A stretch of 64,000 nucleotides of DNA from a virus. Taxonomy: Duplodnaviria; Caudoviricetes. A program made the position numbers and the translations under genes. Position 1 is the stretch's first letter. Each line of letters starts with the position of its first letter. Shown piece by piece: positions 30,331 through 39,481 of this stretch. Under the pieces are notes generated by a model. It did not search any database. It saw only the letters and a program-made list of their open reading frames with translations, and was not told the DNA's origin. The stretch lies in the IMG/VR virus record IMGVR_UViG_2814123203_000002, positions 36,831 through 100,830 of that record. One strand, written 5' to 3'.

Positions 30331-30365
30331 GCCGTTTATCCCCTTATAAGAAGGGGCAGAAGCCC

Positions 30366-30542
30366 CTAGAGTTCTACTCCAAACGTTTCCTCGATTTCTT
30401 TGAGTGCATCCCCGAGTATACGGAGAGCTTCGGCATACTCTTCATCTGAGTTCCCTTTGCTCCCTTTGCCCATTTCTTGAAACTGGAGATGAACAACCTT
30501 CCTTGCTATTGTTTCAAGTTTCTTTCTATTCGCTTGTTTCAT
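30366..30542 (-). CDS. small helical protein (58 aa, below the ORF-track cutoff)
   Basis: MKQANRKKLETIARKVVHLQFQEWAKG...GVEL with GGAGGG RBS. Confidence 0.65.
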   Translation of the reverse strand: MKQANRKKLETIARKVVHLQFQEMGKGSKGNSDEEYAEALRILGDALKEIEETFGVEL

Positions 30543-30667
30543 ATTATTCCCTCCAATAAAGAAACTGAAGTCCAGTTATTCGGTTTTGAATAATTCCGTT
30601 AGGTATTTAACCCTTTTTCTGTGGGTAAGCTTTTCTGCTTCCGCTAAGATTGTGTTACCAATCGACA

Positions 30668-30886
30668 TCATCCCCAAATTTTGTTAGTATCTTTTACATA
30701 TGTAGCTTCCCCATCTTCTAGATCCGAGGTTATTTCTTTGATAAACATTATTTCCCAATTTGAATCTTTGTTGCGCATATCCCAATTATTAATAGCTTCA
30801 TCAGCATTGGAGCTAAAGAAGTATTGCACATTTCCCGTACTTTCGCCGGATTTAAAATATGTTATGCGGAAGATTTTAGGTTTCAT
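30668..30886 (-). CDS. small phage protein
   Basis: Likely start MKPKIFRITYF within ORF 30668..30949. Confidence 0.6.
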   Translation of the reverse strand: MKPKIFRITYFKSGESTGNVQYFFSSNADEAINNWDMRNKDSNWEIMFIKEITSDLEDGEATYVKDTNKIWG

Positions 30887-30899
30887 AACAATCCCCTTT

Positions 30900-31115
30900 C
30901 TATTTCGACCAGTATTTTTTGGTGTGCACGTCTTGATACCCGTGCTCAAATACTAAAGACTTGGCGTATCTTCGTGCTCTCAGTTCCGCCATTTTCCATT
31001 GATTTGAGATGTCGACAGCGTGCCCATCTGCTTCTGCTTGGGCTTCAAAATCTTTGATTTTACGAAGTGTACGATAAAATCCCTTGAATGCTGCTTCTCT
31101 TTTCATTTCTTCCAT
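30900..31115 (-). CDS. small phage protein
   Basis: 71 aa, AGGAGG RBS. Confidence 0.65.
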   Translation of the reverse strand: MEEMKREAAFKGFYRTLRKIKDFEAQAEADGHAVDISNQWKMAELRARRYAKSLVFEHGYQDVHTKKYWSK

Positions 31116-31884
31116 CCTCCTAAGGATATATTGTATTAAGTGTATTCTTTTGTATACACCAAAAGTTTAAACATTTACTATAGGTTTTTTGGAGGGGCAC
31201 TCCGTAATTGTATGTTCCCTCTATTAAAATCAGGACAAAATCTATTGAGAATGTTGTAGTTTTACACTTTATAGTGTATACATTTATTATATTATATATT
31301 TATATATTTTTTTCTAATACATATACATAAATATTACTACTACCAACTAAAGTTTTGTTTGCACTTACATACATCGAAAGTGTAAATGCCACAATTTAGA
31401 CATTCTCATACAATCTTGTCGTTACTCAGATTTTTTCCTTACAATGCACTTAAATCGGTCTGCTACTTGTTTAGCTTGATCCCACGAGGCAAACACGTAC
31501 GACTCGCCTTTTAGGGGGTAACTATCGCGATCCCCGCAGCCAGTGCAAAATTTTTTACATATAAACTACCTTCAGATACTAAGATATGTTTATCCACTCA
31601 ATCACCTTCTTATCATGTATCGCTCATAGGATGCCAGTTTGCCGAAATATATTAAAAATTCAAGCTGCAAATCATACTTGTACACATTAACTAGATCAAA
31701 TGATACGTTTTCAGTGTACAAATGCTCCCGTGCAGGATAGCATCCTCGTCACAGCTATGTTCATCTGTGATAATGACAGGTTTTTGTTGTTCCATGTCTT
31801 TAATGTAAATGTGGTATTGATAGTTCATTCAGTTCCTCCTTATTATTTGTTATCCTTATCTTACTACATTTTATAAGTGTGAAC

Positions 31885-32067
31885 CTAGAATCCAAATTCG
31901 CTTGGATAAGGTATTTCATAAAAGTTGTATCCACGGCCAAGGTATTCCTCTACCTTGTCATGAAGTTTTATGAAGTCCATAACCTTTATATCTAGACCTT
32001 TGCACACAAGTTGGAGATATTTTGAGCATGCTACTACATCCCTCTCTGCCATTAGATCAAATATCAA
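31885..32067 (-). CDS. small phage protein
   Basis: 60-aa ORF overlapping the upstream gene. Confidence 0.5.
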   Translation of the reverse strand: MIFDLMAERDVVACSKYLQLVCKGLDIKVMDFIKLHDKVEEYLGRGYNFYEIPYPSEFGF

Positions 32068-32305
32068 TTTTGCGTAGTACTATCGGAGATGACCAATCGC
32101 ATGTATCATCTCTTAATGCAAAATCTTTTAAAAAGTCGGAAGAAGTTATCTTCCATAATAGAAGAAACTCTTCTTCGGATTCGGAGTCGTAAGCGAACGC
32201 CTGAGCATATTGCCTACGACTAGGTTCTATTAGCTCATACGGTAGAGCTTCTGGAGCCTCCTTTAATATAAGGGTAGCACCGTTATAATTTACATTCATT
32301 TTCAT
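32057..32305 (-). CDS. small acidic phage protein (CDWxxP C-terminal motif)
   Basis: 82 aa, GGAGGG RBS. Confidence 0.65.
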   Translation of the reverse strand: MKMNVNYNGATLILKEAPEALPYELIEPSRRQYAQAFAYDSESEEEFLLLWKITSSDFLKDFALRDDTCDWSSPIVLRKIDI

Positions 32306-32441
32306 TTCTCAGTCCCTCCCGCGTTTGTTCGCCAGCTTATCTTTCCTTAAAAAATCCGTTACAGTACATTTCGTTCTAATATAGGAGTCAGTATAAACCC
32401 TCCATAGGTTTCTAAAATCTTTTTTAGAAACCTAGCAAAGT

Positions 32442-32945
32442 TTACCATATAATTTCTACATAAGTACCATTTCCCGCATAGAGAAAGGTTCTTTCAATTT
32501 CTAGATCCCTTCCAAAAGCTTCATAATCAAAATATGAACTTAAACTTTCTGGTATTTCATTTATAAAGCCTAATTCGTGCACTATTTCGTATGCCACATC
32601 AGACATACTTTCGCAGTTATCATAAAGTATATATTCTTCATTTTCTATTACATTTATACCTTCCTCTATATTGCAGAAATTATCCAATATTTTTTCAATA
32701 ATATTTCTATCTAAATTTATATCTGATAATCTTTCTGCAATTTCATTTATCTTATAAATGTTGTCATACTCATTAATGTTAAACGGTGATTCGTAATCGT
32801 GGATTACAGGCTCTTCATCTGATCCTAAAATTTTAGCTATTTCTTTTTTAAGATCATTAACATTCATTGGAAGTTCAATCCACTTCCCAACTAGTTCACC
32901 GTTAGTGTATTCCGCCAAATTCACAATATATAGTTTGATATTCAT
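32442..32945 (-). CDS. ardA: antirestriction protein ArdA
   Basis: YIVNLAEYTNGELVGKWIELP...IHDYE...YFDYEAFGRDL; highly acidic. Confidence 0.93.
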   Translation of the reverse strand: MNIKLYIVNLAEYTNGELVGKWIELPMNVNDLKKEIAKILGSDEEPVIHDYESPFNINEYDNIYKINEIAERLSDINLDRNIIEKILDNFCNIEEGINVIENEEYILYDNCESMSDVAYEIVHELGFINEIPESLSSYFDYEAFGRDLEIERTFLYAGNGTYVEIIW

Positions 32946-33047
32946 TATATTCTACCTCCGTTTATTATGTTTTTTTACATAAGAGCTTTATTTATATTTC
33001 ATTATATTTTTTATTAGTTTCAAAAACAGTTTTTCAACTCCTTTATA

Positions 33048-33302
33048 TTAAAAATTAACCTGCACCCTTACTTTGTCTTCATACCAAATAATAGTAGTTT
33101 CAAAATTTAATTCATTTAAGAATATTTGAAACTCCTTTACTCTATTTCTTGTTTCTTTGGTTGATATTCCGAAATGGATTGTATACTCCACTTCAGAATA
33201 TTTTTTAAGGTGGTCAATTGTCTCAATAGCCATAGTGGGTATTGATTGATGATTTAGTTTATTAGATTGTAAGTTTACTGCTTTTACTGCTTTCTTAAGC
33301 AT
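33048..33302 (-). CDS. phage hypothetical protein
   Basis: 84 aa, first ORF of the leftward arm. Confidence 0.6.
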   Translation of the reverse strand: MLKKAVKAVNLQSNKLNHQSIPTMAIETIDHLKKYSEVEYTIHFGISTKETRNRVKEFQIFLNELNFETTIIWYEDKVRVQVNF

Positions 33303-33650
33303 ACCATCCCTACCTTTATTATATTTGACATTAATTTACTTCGTTACAGTACATTTCTTTACAATACAAAGGTATTAATTGAGAAAACCATCTATATATG
33401 CTAGGTTATGCCTATCAGATATTACATGGTACTCCCAATGTCTTTATCTACATAACTTGTTTTACCTATCACTGGTTGCCATAGCAGCCTAACTCTAGCT
33501 ACTATAATAAGTGCCAAGATTGCAGAGAAAACAGTCATGTTTCGTGCTGTTTACAATCAATCATCACAACATATCATAGTAGTACCCTTCTAGTTACTAG
33601 GTAAACTTATTATGTAGGAATGGTTTTCAGGTTTACGCATCCTAACCATT

Positions 33651-33668
33651 TTAATTTTCAAAGATCAA
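33651..33668 (-). promoter_or_regulatory. boxA-like antitermination sequence
   Basis: Minus strand TTGATCTTTGAAAATTAA resembles Bacillus rrn boxA; lies downstream of a TTGCAT...TGnTATTCT promoter at ~33829-33857. Confidence 0.5.
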
Positions 33669-34425
33669 TTCTTTGTTAACTCGTCTACTAGTGTTAATAC
33701 AAAGAATTCATAAGAAACATTTTACACTAGCACGCTTTTAGCGATTGTTATTTATTATATTTTATATTTGCTTGCTTATCAATCCCCTTTTCTATTTGAT
33801 TTTTCGTGTTGCTCTCTTGCTTGATTCAAGAATAACACCATTCAAACATAAATGCAATAGAGTTTGAATAAGTTCACATTTTAGACAAATAGTAGCCTTT
33901 AATTTAGATTTTAGGTTGAATTTTATTGACTTATTATTTGATATATGGTAGTCCTATCTTGCTTTTTAGAAAAATCTTTTATAATGTATTTTCTCTTTCT
34001 CTCTGATAGACTTTTTCATAGTCTCTAAGGGATTCTATCATTAAACTAAATATATGCCTTACAAGCAAAATATAGGCGTTTAACGGCATGTCTGAGATGA
34101 CTGAGAGGGTATTGACATTTTGAAATTTATATGGATTTGTGATTAGTCAATTAATTTAATCGATTAGGATTTTGTTCAAAAGAAAAAAGCTTTGTTTTTT
34201 TGAATACATATAATAGGTAGAAACACGATTTATGAAACAAGATAATACGGGAAAATAGTTAAACGAGCGAAAGCGAGTGGGGGAGAATGGGGAGAGTGTG
34301 ACTAAAGATTATTCATTTGTTTAGTTTTCGATATAGTTTACTTTACTTAAATATTAATATAGATTAATTGAAATGTTAGGTTTGTGTTAGGTATCAGGTC
34401 ATGATAAAATTTAAGATTTAAATAA

Positions 34426-34479
34426 AGAACATTCGTTCGTGTCGTCTAACGCTAATTATCAGACACAAACGAATGTTCT
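34426..34479. promoter_or_regulatory. two LexA (Cheo/SOS) boxes within an 18-bp inverted repeat
   Basis: GAAC-ATTC-GTTC at 34427-34438 and AAAC-GAAT-GTTC at 34467-34478. Confidence 0.6.
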
Positions 34480-35120
34480 AAAACCGGGGGTAGGTTTCTA
34501 CTTTTTTAAATTTTAGTGTATATTTACACCACTTGGGCACATCATCAACCACAGCTTGAGAATATTTCTATTCACTCTCACTTTTTTTCAATGTAAGACA
34601 CTCTTCTACAACTTTTAATATTCATCCGTTTTTTCCTTCCAATGTCATCAAATCGCTACACTCCTCTATAATAGCGTTATGTAAAGCATTATACTTAGTA
34701 GAAGTCCTAAACGCCTGTATATCAAGTATAAGCGACTCAACACGACTCTAACTTAAACTCCGTATCGCTTCGAATTTGAATAAAGACGCTATCGACAAAA
34801 CCTTTAATTGGTCTAAATATAACGCCATTACTGACTTCCTTATTTTGTATATTTCTATGCTTTATTGTTTTTTTTATATCTTTTAACCATACTGTTTCAG
34901 TATTTATTCGATAAACATGTTATTTATTCAACTTGTATTTTTGAATAAATAACTGTATTGTCCATATTCATTTATCATTATCGACAATTTGTTATTTATA
35001 TCATCTTCACACAACTAAAATGCTTTTTTTTGGCGTTTTATTACCATATTTAAGGCGATATACTCCCAATAAATAATTGATTTTTTTCAATTCAGTCATA
35101 AACTTTTAAAATTTACCATT

Positions 35121-35272
35121 GTTTTTATTACAATGTATCACGTTTTATTAAAATGTATTACATGTTATTACAAAGTAATACATTTTAATAATTTGTATTG
35201 TATTTTAATTCTTTTTAATACAATGTATCAATTTGTAATACATTTTAATAGTTTTTAATTCATTTGTATTAC
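35121..35272. repeat. tandem degenerate 10-bp repeats, parC-like centromere
   Basis: About 14 in-register units (e.g. CAATGTATCA, AAATGTATTA, CATTTTAATA) immediately upstream of parM. Confidence 0.8.
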
Positions 35273-35347
35273 AAAATCGTTGTAATCTATACTTTCATAT
35301 AGTAGAATGAAATGGAAGATACCGAAATGGTAGGAGGAATAAGTATA

Positions 35348-36493
35348 ATGGCAAAAAATGAGAGTGTAGTTTGGTCAATTGATGATGGATATGGAGACGT
35401 TAAGGCTTGTAATGGAGTTGTTAATGGTGTTGTAGAGGAAGGAGAGAATCTAAACACATGGGAATACTTCCAGAGAACAGGTAACCTTCTTATTCCTTCA
35501 TATGTAACTTTGTGGCGAGACAGGCCAGACAAGGAACTCAAAGAAGGGGAAAAGGTAGATCCACTCTCATACATTTATGTGGAATATGAAGGTGTTGAAT
35601 ATCTTGTTGGACAAGGAGCTGTTGAACAAGATACAAAAGGTTCATGGGTTGGAGGGAAAAACAAACATGCTGACATTGATTTTCCCGTTATTCTTGCTAC
35701 AACACTTGGATTGCTTGCTAAACAAGAAAAAGAAATGGTTGATTGTCTTGTGATGGGTTTGCCTGTAGAAAACGAAGAGGAAGAGGACAGAAGGTTACTT
35801 TTAGAAAAACTTGTTCTTGGGGATGGAAAACCTAAATTCCATGAAGTCCGTATCGTTCTAGCTGATGGAACTGAACTTGAACGTAGCATATGCGTAAATC
35901 ATTTAGAGATCAAAAAGCAGCCATTCGGATCGCTCTGTAGCGTTATACTAGACAATGAAGGCGAAATTTCAAATGCAACAGTAGCAAGTGGATTTAATAT
36001 CATCTCGGATATTGGAGCAAGAACTTTGAATGTATATACACTTAGCGCTCTAGAACCAATACGCGATTACTGCTTCCAAACAAACGATGGAATGTTCTCG
36101 GCATACGAAGAGATTGGTACATTTATTCAAAAGAAAACTGGGGATCATGTACCAGATATTAAACTTCCTAAAATTATCGAAAGGGGAAGGGTTGGGGACT
36201 TAGATATTACACCGTACAAAGAAAGCATTTATAAAAGACACGCAAATAAAATTGTGAATATACTGGAAAAACGCTTTGTCAACGCATGGCCACAAGTGAA
36301 TAGAATTATTTACACTGGTGGCGGTGGAGAACTGCTAAAAAATAAAATTATCTCCACTTATGATATGCTGTTAAATAAAAAAGAAATGATATTCCTTAAC
36401 AGATTTAGCACTGCTGAAGGATTACAGAGACACGGTAAGCGTATAGTTAAAAGAAAGAAGTCTAAATCCAAAGTTGGCACAGCAACGGAGTAA
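35348..36493 (+). CDS. parM: ParM/StbA-family actin-like segregation ATPase
   Basis: IDDGYGDVK, VMGLPV, SDIGARTLN, YTGGGG actin-fold motifs; GGAGG RBS. Confidence 0.9.
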   Translation: MAKNESVVWSIDDGYGDVKACNGVVNGVVEEGENLNTWEYFQRTGNLLIPSYVTLWRDRPDKELKEGEKVDPLSYIYVEYEGVEYLVGQGAVEQDTKGSWVGGKNKHADIDFPVILATTLGLLAKQEKEMVDCLVMGLPVENEEEEDRRLLLEKLVLGDGKPKFHEVRIVLADGTELERSICVNHLEIKKQPFGSLCSVILDNEGEISNATVASGFNIISDIGARTLNVYTLSALEPIRDYCFQTNDGMFSAYEEIGTFIQKKTGDHVPDIKLPKIIERGRVGDLDITPYKESIYKRHANKIVNILEKRFVNAWPQVNRIIYTGGGGELLKNKIISTYDMLLNKKEMIFLNRFSTAEGLQRHGKRIVKRKKSKSKVGTATE

Positions 36494-36517
36494 TCCCGAT
36501 AATAGGAGGGATTAAGA

Positions 36518-36949
36518 ATGGCGACTAAGAAAACAACGCCAACAAAAAAATCAGGAAATTCTACTCAAAAACCCAAGGCTGAACAAAGCTCCAGGAAAGG
36601 ACTTCTTTTCCCAATGAACCTTAGACTGAGAGATGGAGATTTACTTGAGGAATTGTCTAAGATTCCATCTGGTGACAGATGCGCTTACTCACGAGATCTT
36701 ATGCGTGACGGTATGAAGTTAAGGGAAATACTTAAGCATATTGGCATGCCTAATGTAAATCTTACTTCTCAACAAATCATGGTATTGCTGCAAAATGGGC
36801 AACAGTTTCAAATTCCAACACAACAAGAACCTCTAAGCACACCTGAAGAAACGGAAGCGAAAATAATTGATTTAACATCAAAGAATAACATTTCAGAAGA
36901 GGAAAAGCTTCTAGAAAAACTGAATACTAACTTAGATAAATTCCTTTAA
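36518..36949 (+). CDS. probable ParR-like centromere-binding adaptor
   Basis: Directly after parM; RHH-like NLRLRD.DLLEEL...SRDLMRDG; low-complexity C-terminus. Confidence 0.7.
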   Translation: MATKKTTPTKKSGNSTQKPKAEQSSRKGLLFPMNLRLRDGDLLEELSKIPSGDRCAYSRDLMRDGMKLREILKHIGMPNVNLTSQQIMVLLQNGQQFQIPTQQEPLSTPEETEAKIIDLTSKNNISEEEKLLEKLNTNLDKFL

Positions 36950-36965
36950 GTAAAGAGGGTGGTGG

Positions 36966-37889
36966 CTACATGGCTTGCCACTCTCTTTTGCAACTGTCGT
37001 TATTTGAAAAAACCTTTTCAAAGTTTTCTAACGTAGTTCGAAACCACTTTCCGAAAGCACAAGATATTCTACCAGCATTAAAACGGCTTACAAACTTTTT
37101 AATAGCGGCATTTATAGATTCTTTTCTGAAGTTTTTCAATTTATATTCGTCAATGTAATCAAGAATCTCTCTGGCTAATTCGGGTGACATTTGTTGTTCA
37201 TCAACATTATCCCAAAAATACCAGTAGTTATCTAAATTAATTTCTTCTTCTTTTTTAAAGTAATTAAAATTGTCTTTAGAGTTACTATAGTCTTTAAACA
37301 TAGTATTTACAGTAGCCTCGATACTACTTGTATCAAGGGTTTTACCGTCATTTTGCAGTTCATTTTTTGAACCAATTTCGGTATCTTTTTGATACTCCAC
37401 TGGTTCATCTTCAGAACTGCGGTCAAAAAAATTTATCGCATGTGGTTCATTTTCGATACTATTATCATTCTCATCCAAAGAAACATCAGGTTTATCATCA
37501 TGTTCAACTTCCTTTATTGAAGAAGATTCGTTCTTAGAAAAAGCAAAAACCTTTTCCCAATGAAAAATTCTACCCCAATCATTACTTTTAGGACCATTCA
37601 AACGATAATAGTAATCCCCATTAATTTCTTTTCTTTGAATTAAATTTTGTTCAATACCCCACGTTATTACCTTACTAAACTGATGACGAGTGAAACCAAG
37701 GTATTTTTGCATGTTTGTATATGTAAGCTTGAGGCAGTAACCCTCTTTGTTCCAACCGATTGTGTATTTCACCATAAATGTAAGGAATCTAATTTGAACA
37801 CTGTTTAGTTCATTATTGATTATCATATCTTGAAAACGATTTGGCATTTTGGTGAAACCATTATTTAATGAGAAAGTATCAATAGACAT
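36966..37889 (-). CDS. replication initiator protein (phage O-like N-terminal HTH)
   Basis: GFTKMPNRF...KYTIGWNK...LT......LG; linker and C-terminal helical domain; AGGAGG RBS. Confidence 0.75.
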   Translation of the reverse strand: MSIDTFSLNNGFTKMPNRFQDMIINNELNSVQIRFLTFMVKYTIGWNKEGYCLKLTYTNMQKYLGFTRHQFSKVITWGIEQNLIQRKEINGDYYYRLNGPKSNDWGRIFHWEKVFAFSKNESSSIKEVEHDDKPDVSLDENDNSIENEPHAINFFDRSSEDEPVEYQKDTEIGSKNELQNDGKTLDTSSIEATVNTMFKDYSNSKDNFNYFKKEEEINLDNYWYFWDNVDEQQMSPELAREILDYIDEYKLKNFRKESINAAIKKFVSRFNAGRISCAFGKWFRTTLENFEKVFSNNDSCKREWQAM

Positions 37890-37989
37890 AAAAAGCCCTC
37901 CTAATGTTTCACCCATTCACAACCATAAAAAAGGCAAAATTTAAGAGAGCAAATGCTTCACTTTTTTTAAAAACTATGGTATATTTAAG

Positions 37990-38122
37990 ACATCTCTTAA
38001 ATATACTCTAGTAACGAAGCATTCACTTGAACTCGCCTTTGGGATTTATTTAACGTAAAGTCGCCAAACTTTTATGAACGTTAAATAAATGTGGTGGTCA
38101 AGATTGGGTGCTTTATTTTTTT
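37990..38122 (+). ncRNA. probable antisense copy-number control RNA (ctRNA) of rep
   Basis: Promoter TTCACT-N17-TATATT (37957-37985); nested stems around GTCGCCAAAC; ends in a T run; antisense to the rep leader. Confidence 0.55.
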
Positions 38123-38282
38123 ATTGATTAAAATCTAGTTGTTTTCTCTATCTATGTAACTAGCACAATATTCCAACATATCCCAGGACAAAATGTCCAA
38201 TAATATCTAACCATTTTCATTTCTCTAATTTTAAATAACATAAAAACGCACAATTTTTAAATTTGTGCGTCGAATAAACGGT

Positions 38283-38320
38283 TGTGAACAAGTAACCTAA
38301 AATGGGTACAGTTATCCACA
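38283..38320. promoter_or_regulatory. DnaA boxes, candidate replication origin
   Basis: Perfect TTATCCACA at 38312-38320 and inverted near-match TGTGAACAA at 38283-38291. Confidence 0.55.
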
Positions 38321-38559
38321 CCTTTTCGACATCTTTTATTCTATCACAAAAATTTAAATTATGGAAGAAAAAATTCTGTATTGCTATCCCGGGATAAGTA
38401 TGTTAATATGAATTCAAACAATATAATACCTTTTCGACACTTAATTAAAGCCCTTATGCCTTTTTTAACGCACAAGGGCTTTAATTAGTTTTATGAGTAT
38501 ATATTGACTAATTATAAATAATGAATATAATAAATAGAACTGTTTTGGAGGTATAAGCG

Positions 38560-39303
38560 TTGAATCAAAGAGCAATTTATATGCCTAATGAAATTTTTAG
38601 TGATTTAGCTAGTTCGCAAATAAGAAATAGCAGACACAGGGCGTTTAGCTACTCCTATTTATACTTTGTCAGCTATCTATATAGATATTGTGAGTACTAC
38701 AAGAAAAACAAAATGACTCAACTAGAAATAAAAAAACAATTAGGCATTTCAGAAAAAGAAAAACGTGTTGATTACCTAATAAAAAAAGATGGAATATTAG
38801 ATAAAATGGGTTATACATTAACAACTACAAACTATCCCTTATCTTGGAGCATAGGTAAAGAAGAATGTTTACAATTCTATACAGTAGATGAATACAATAA
38901 ATCAAATATGATAATTGAAAATACAAGGAATTTTAAAGTTAAATACCCAATTAAATGCTTTTATAGAACAGTAGAATCAAAAAATAGAAAAGTTCTTGAT
39001 GGAACTTATTTTGAAACATCAAACACACATAGAATTGATCATAATAAATTCATTGTGATAATGAAAGAAAATGATTTAGGAGTTATGGGCTTATTTATAT
39101 TTGGCTATATAAAAATGATGACTGACATGTATAAAAATTATCAAGTTCCAACAAGAACTTTATCAGCCAAATTAGGAATATCTAATCAGACGTTGAACAT
39201 GTATTTAAAAAAAATGAGTAGTAATGATGTGAATTTAATAAAAATTAAACGAAAGAGATTTATAGGAAAGGGAGGAGAGGCAAACGAGTATACAATTGAT
39301 TGA
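38560..39303 (+). CDS. phage DNA-binding protein with two HTH-like segments
   Basis: MPNEIF..L...IKKQLG...LSAKLGISNQTL; promoter TTGACT...TATAAT at 38504-38531. Confidence 0.7.
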   Translation: MNQRAIYMPNEIFSDLASSQIRNSRHRAFSYSYLYFVSYLYRYCEYYKKNKMTQLEIKKQLGISEKEKRVDYLIKKDGILDKMGYTLTTTNYPLSWSIGKEECLQFYTVDEYNKSNMIIENTRNFKVKYPIKCFYRTVESKNRKVLDGTYFETSNTHRIDHNKFIVIMKENDLGVMGLFIFGYIKMMTDMYKNYQVPTRTLSAKLGISNQTLNMYLKKMSSNDVNLIKIKRKRFIGKGGEANEYTID

Positions 39304-39347
39304 CTAATTGTATAAAATGTATCCATAAATGAGTTATGAAATGTAAT

Positions 39348-39458
39348 AGGTTACGTTTTTGGAACTAATATAATATATAGTTATATATATCTATTCTAAA
39401 TATAAGAGTTATAATAATGATCTAACAATAAATTATATTGTGACCAAAAACGTAACCT
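39348..39458. repeat. 15-bp perfect inverted repeat around an AT-rich spacer
   Basis: AGGTTACGTTTTTGG (39348-39362) / CCAAAAACGTAACCT (39444-39458). Confidence 0.75.
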
Positions 39459-39481
39459 TTTTAATTTTATAAGAATGTTGA

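Noticed and set aside
1071-31057. Many plus-strand ORFs of 60-130 aa in the leftward arm
   Set aside because: They overlap well-supported minus-strand genes, lack RBSs and read as antisense shadows; 15855..16058 is the exception
35121-35272. Possible CRISPR array
   Set aside because: Contiguous 10-bp units with no spacers; context fits parC. No repeat-spacer array was seen anywhere by eye
35287-35889. Minus-strand ORFs 35287..35574 and 35575..35889
   Set aside because: Antisense to parM, no coding signals
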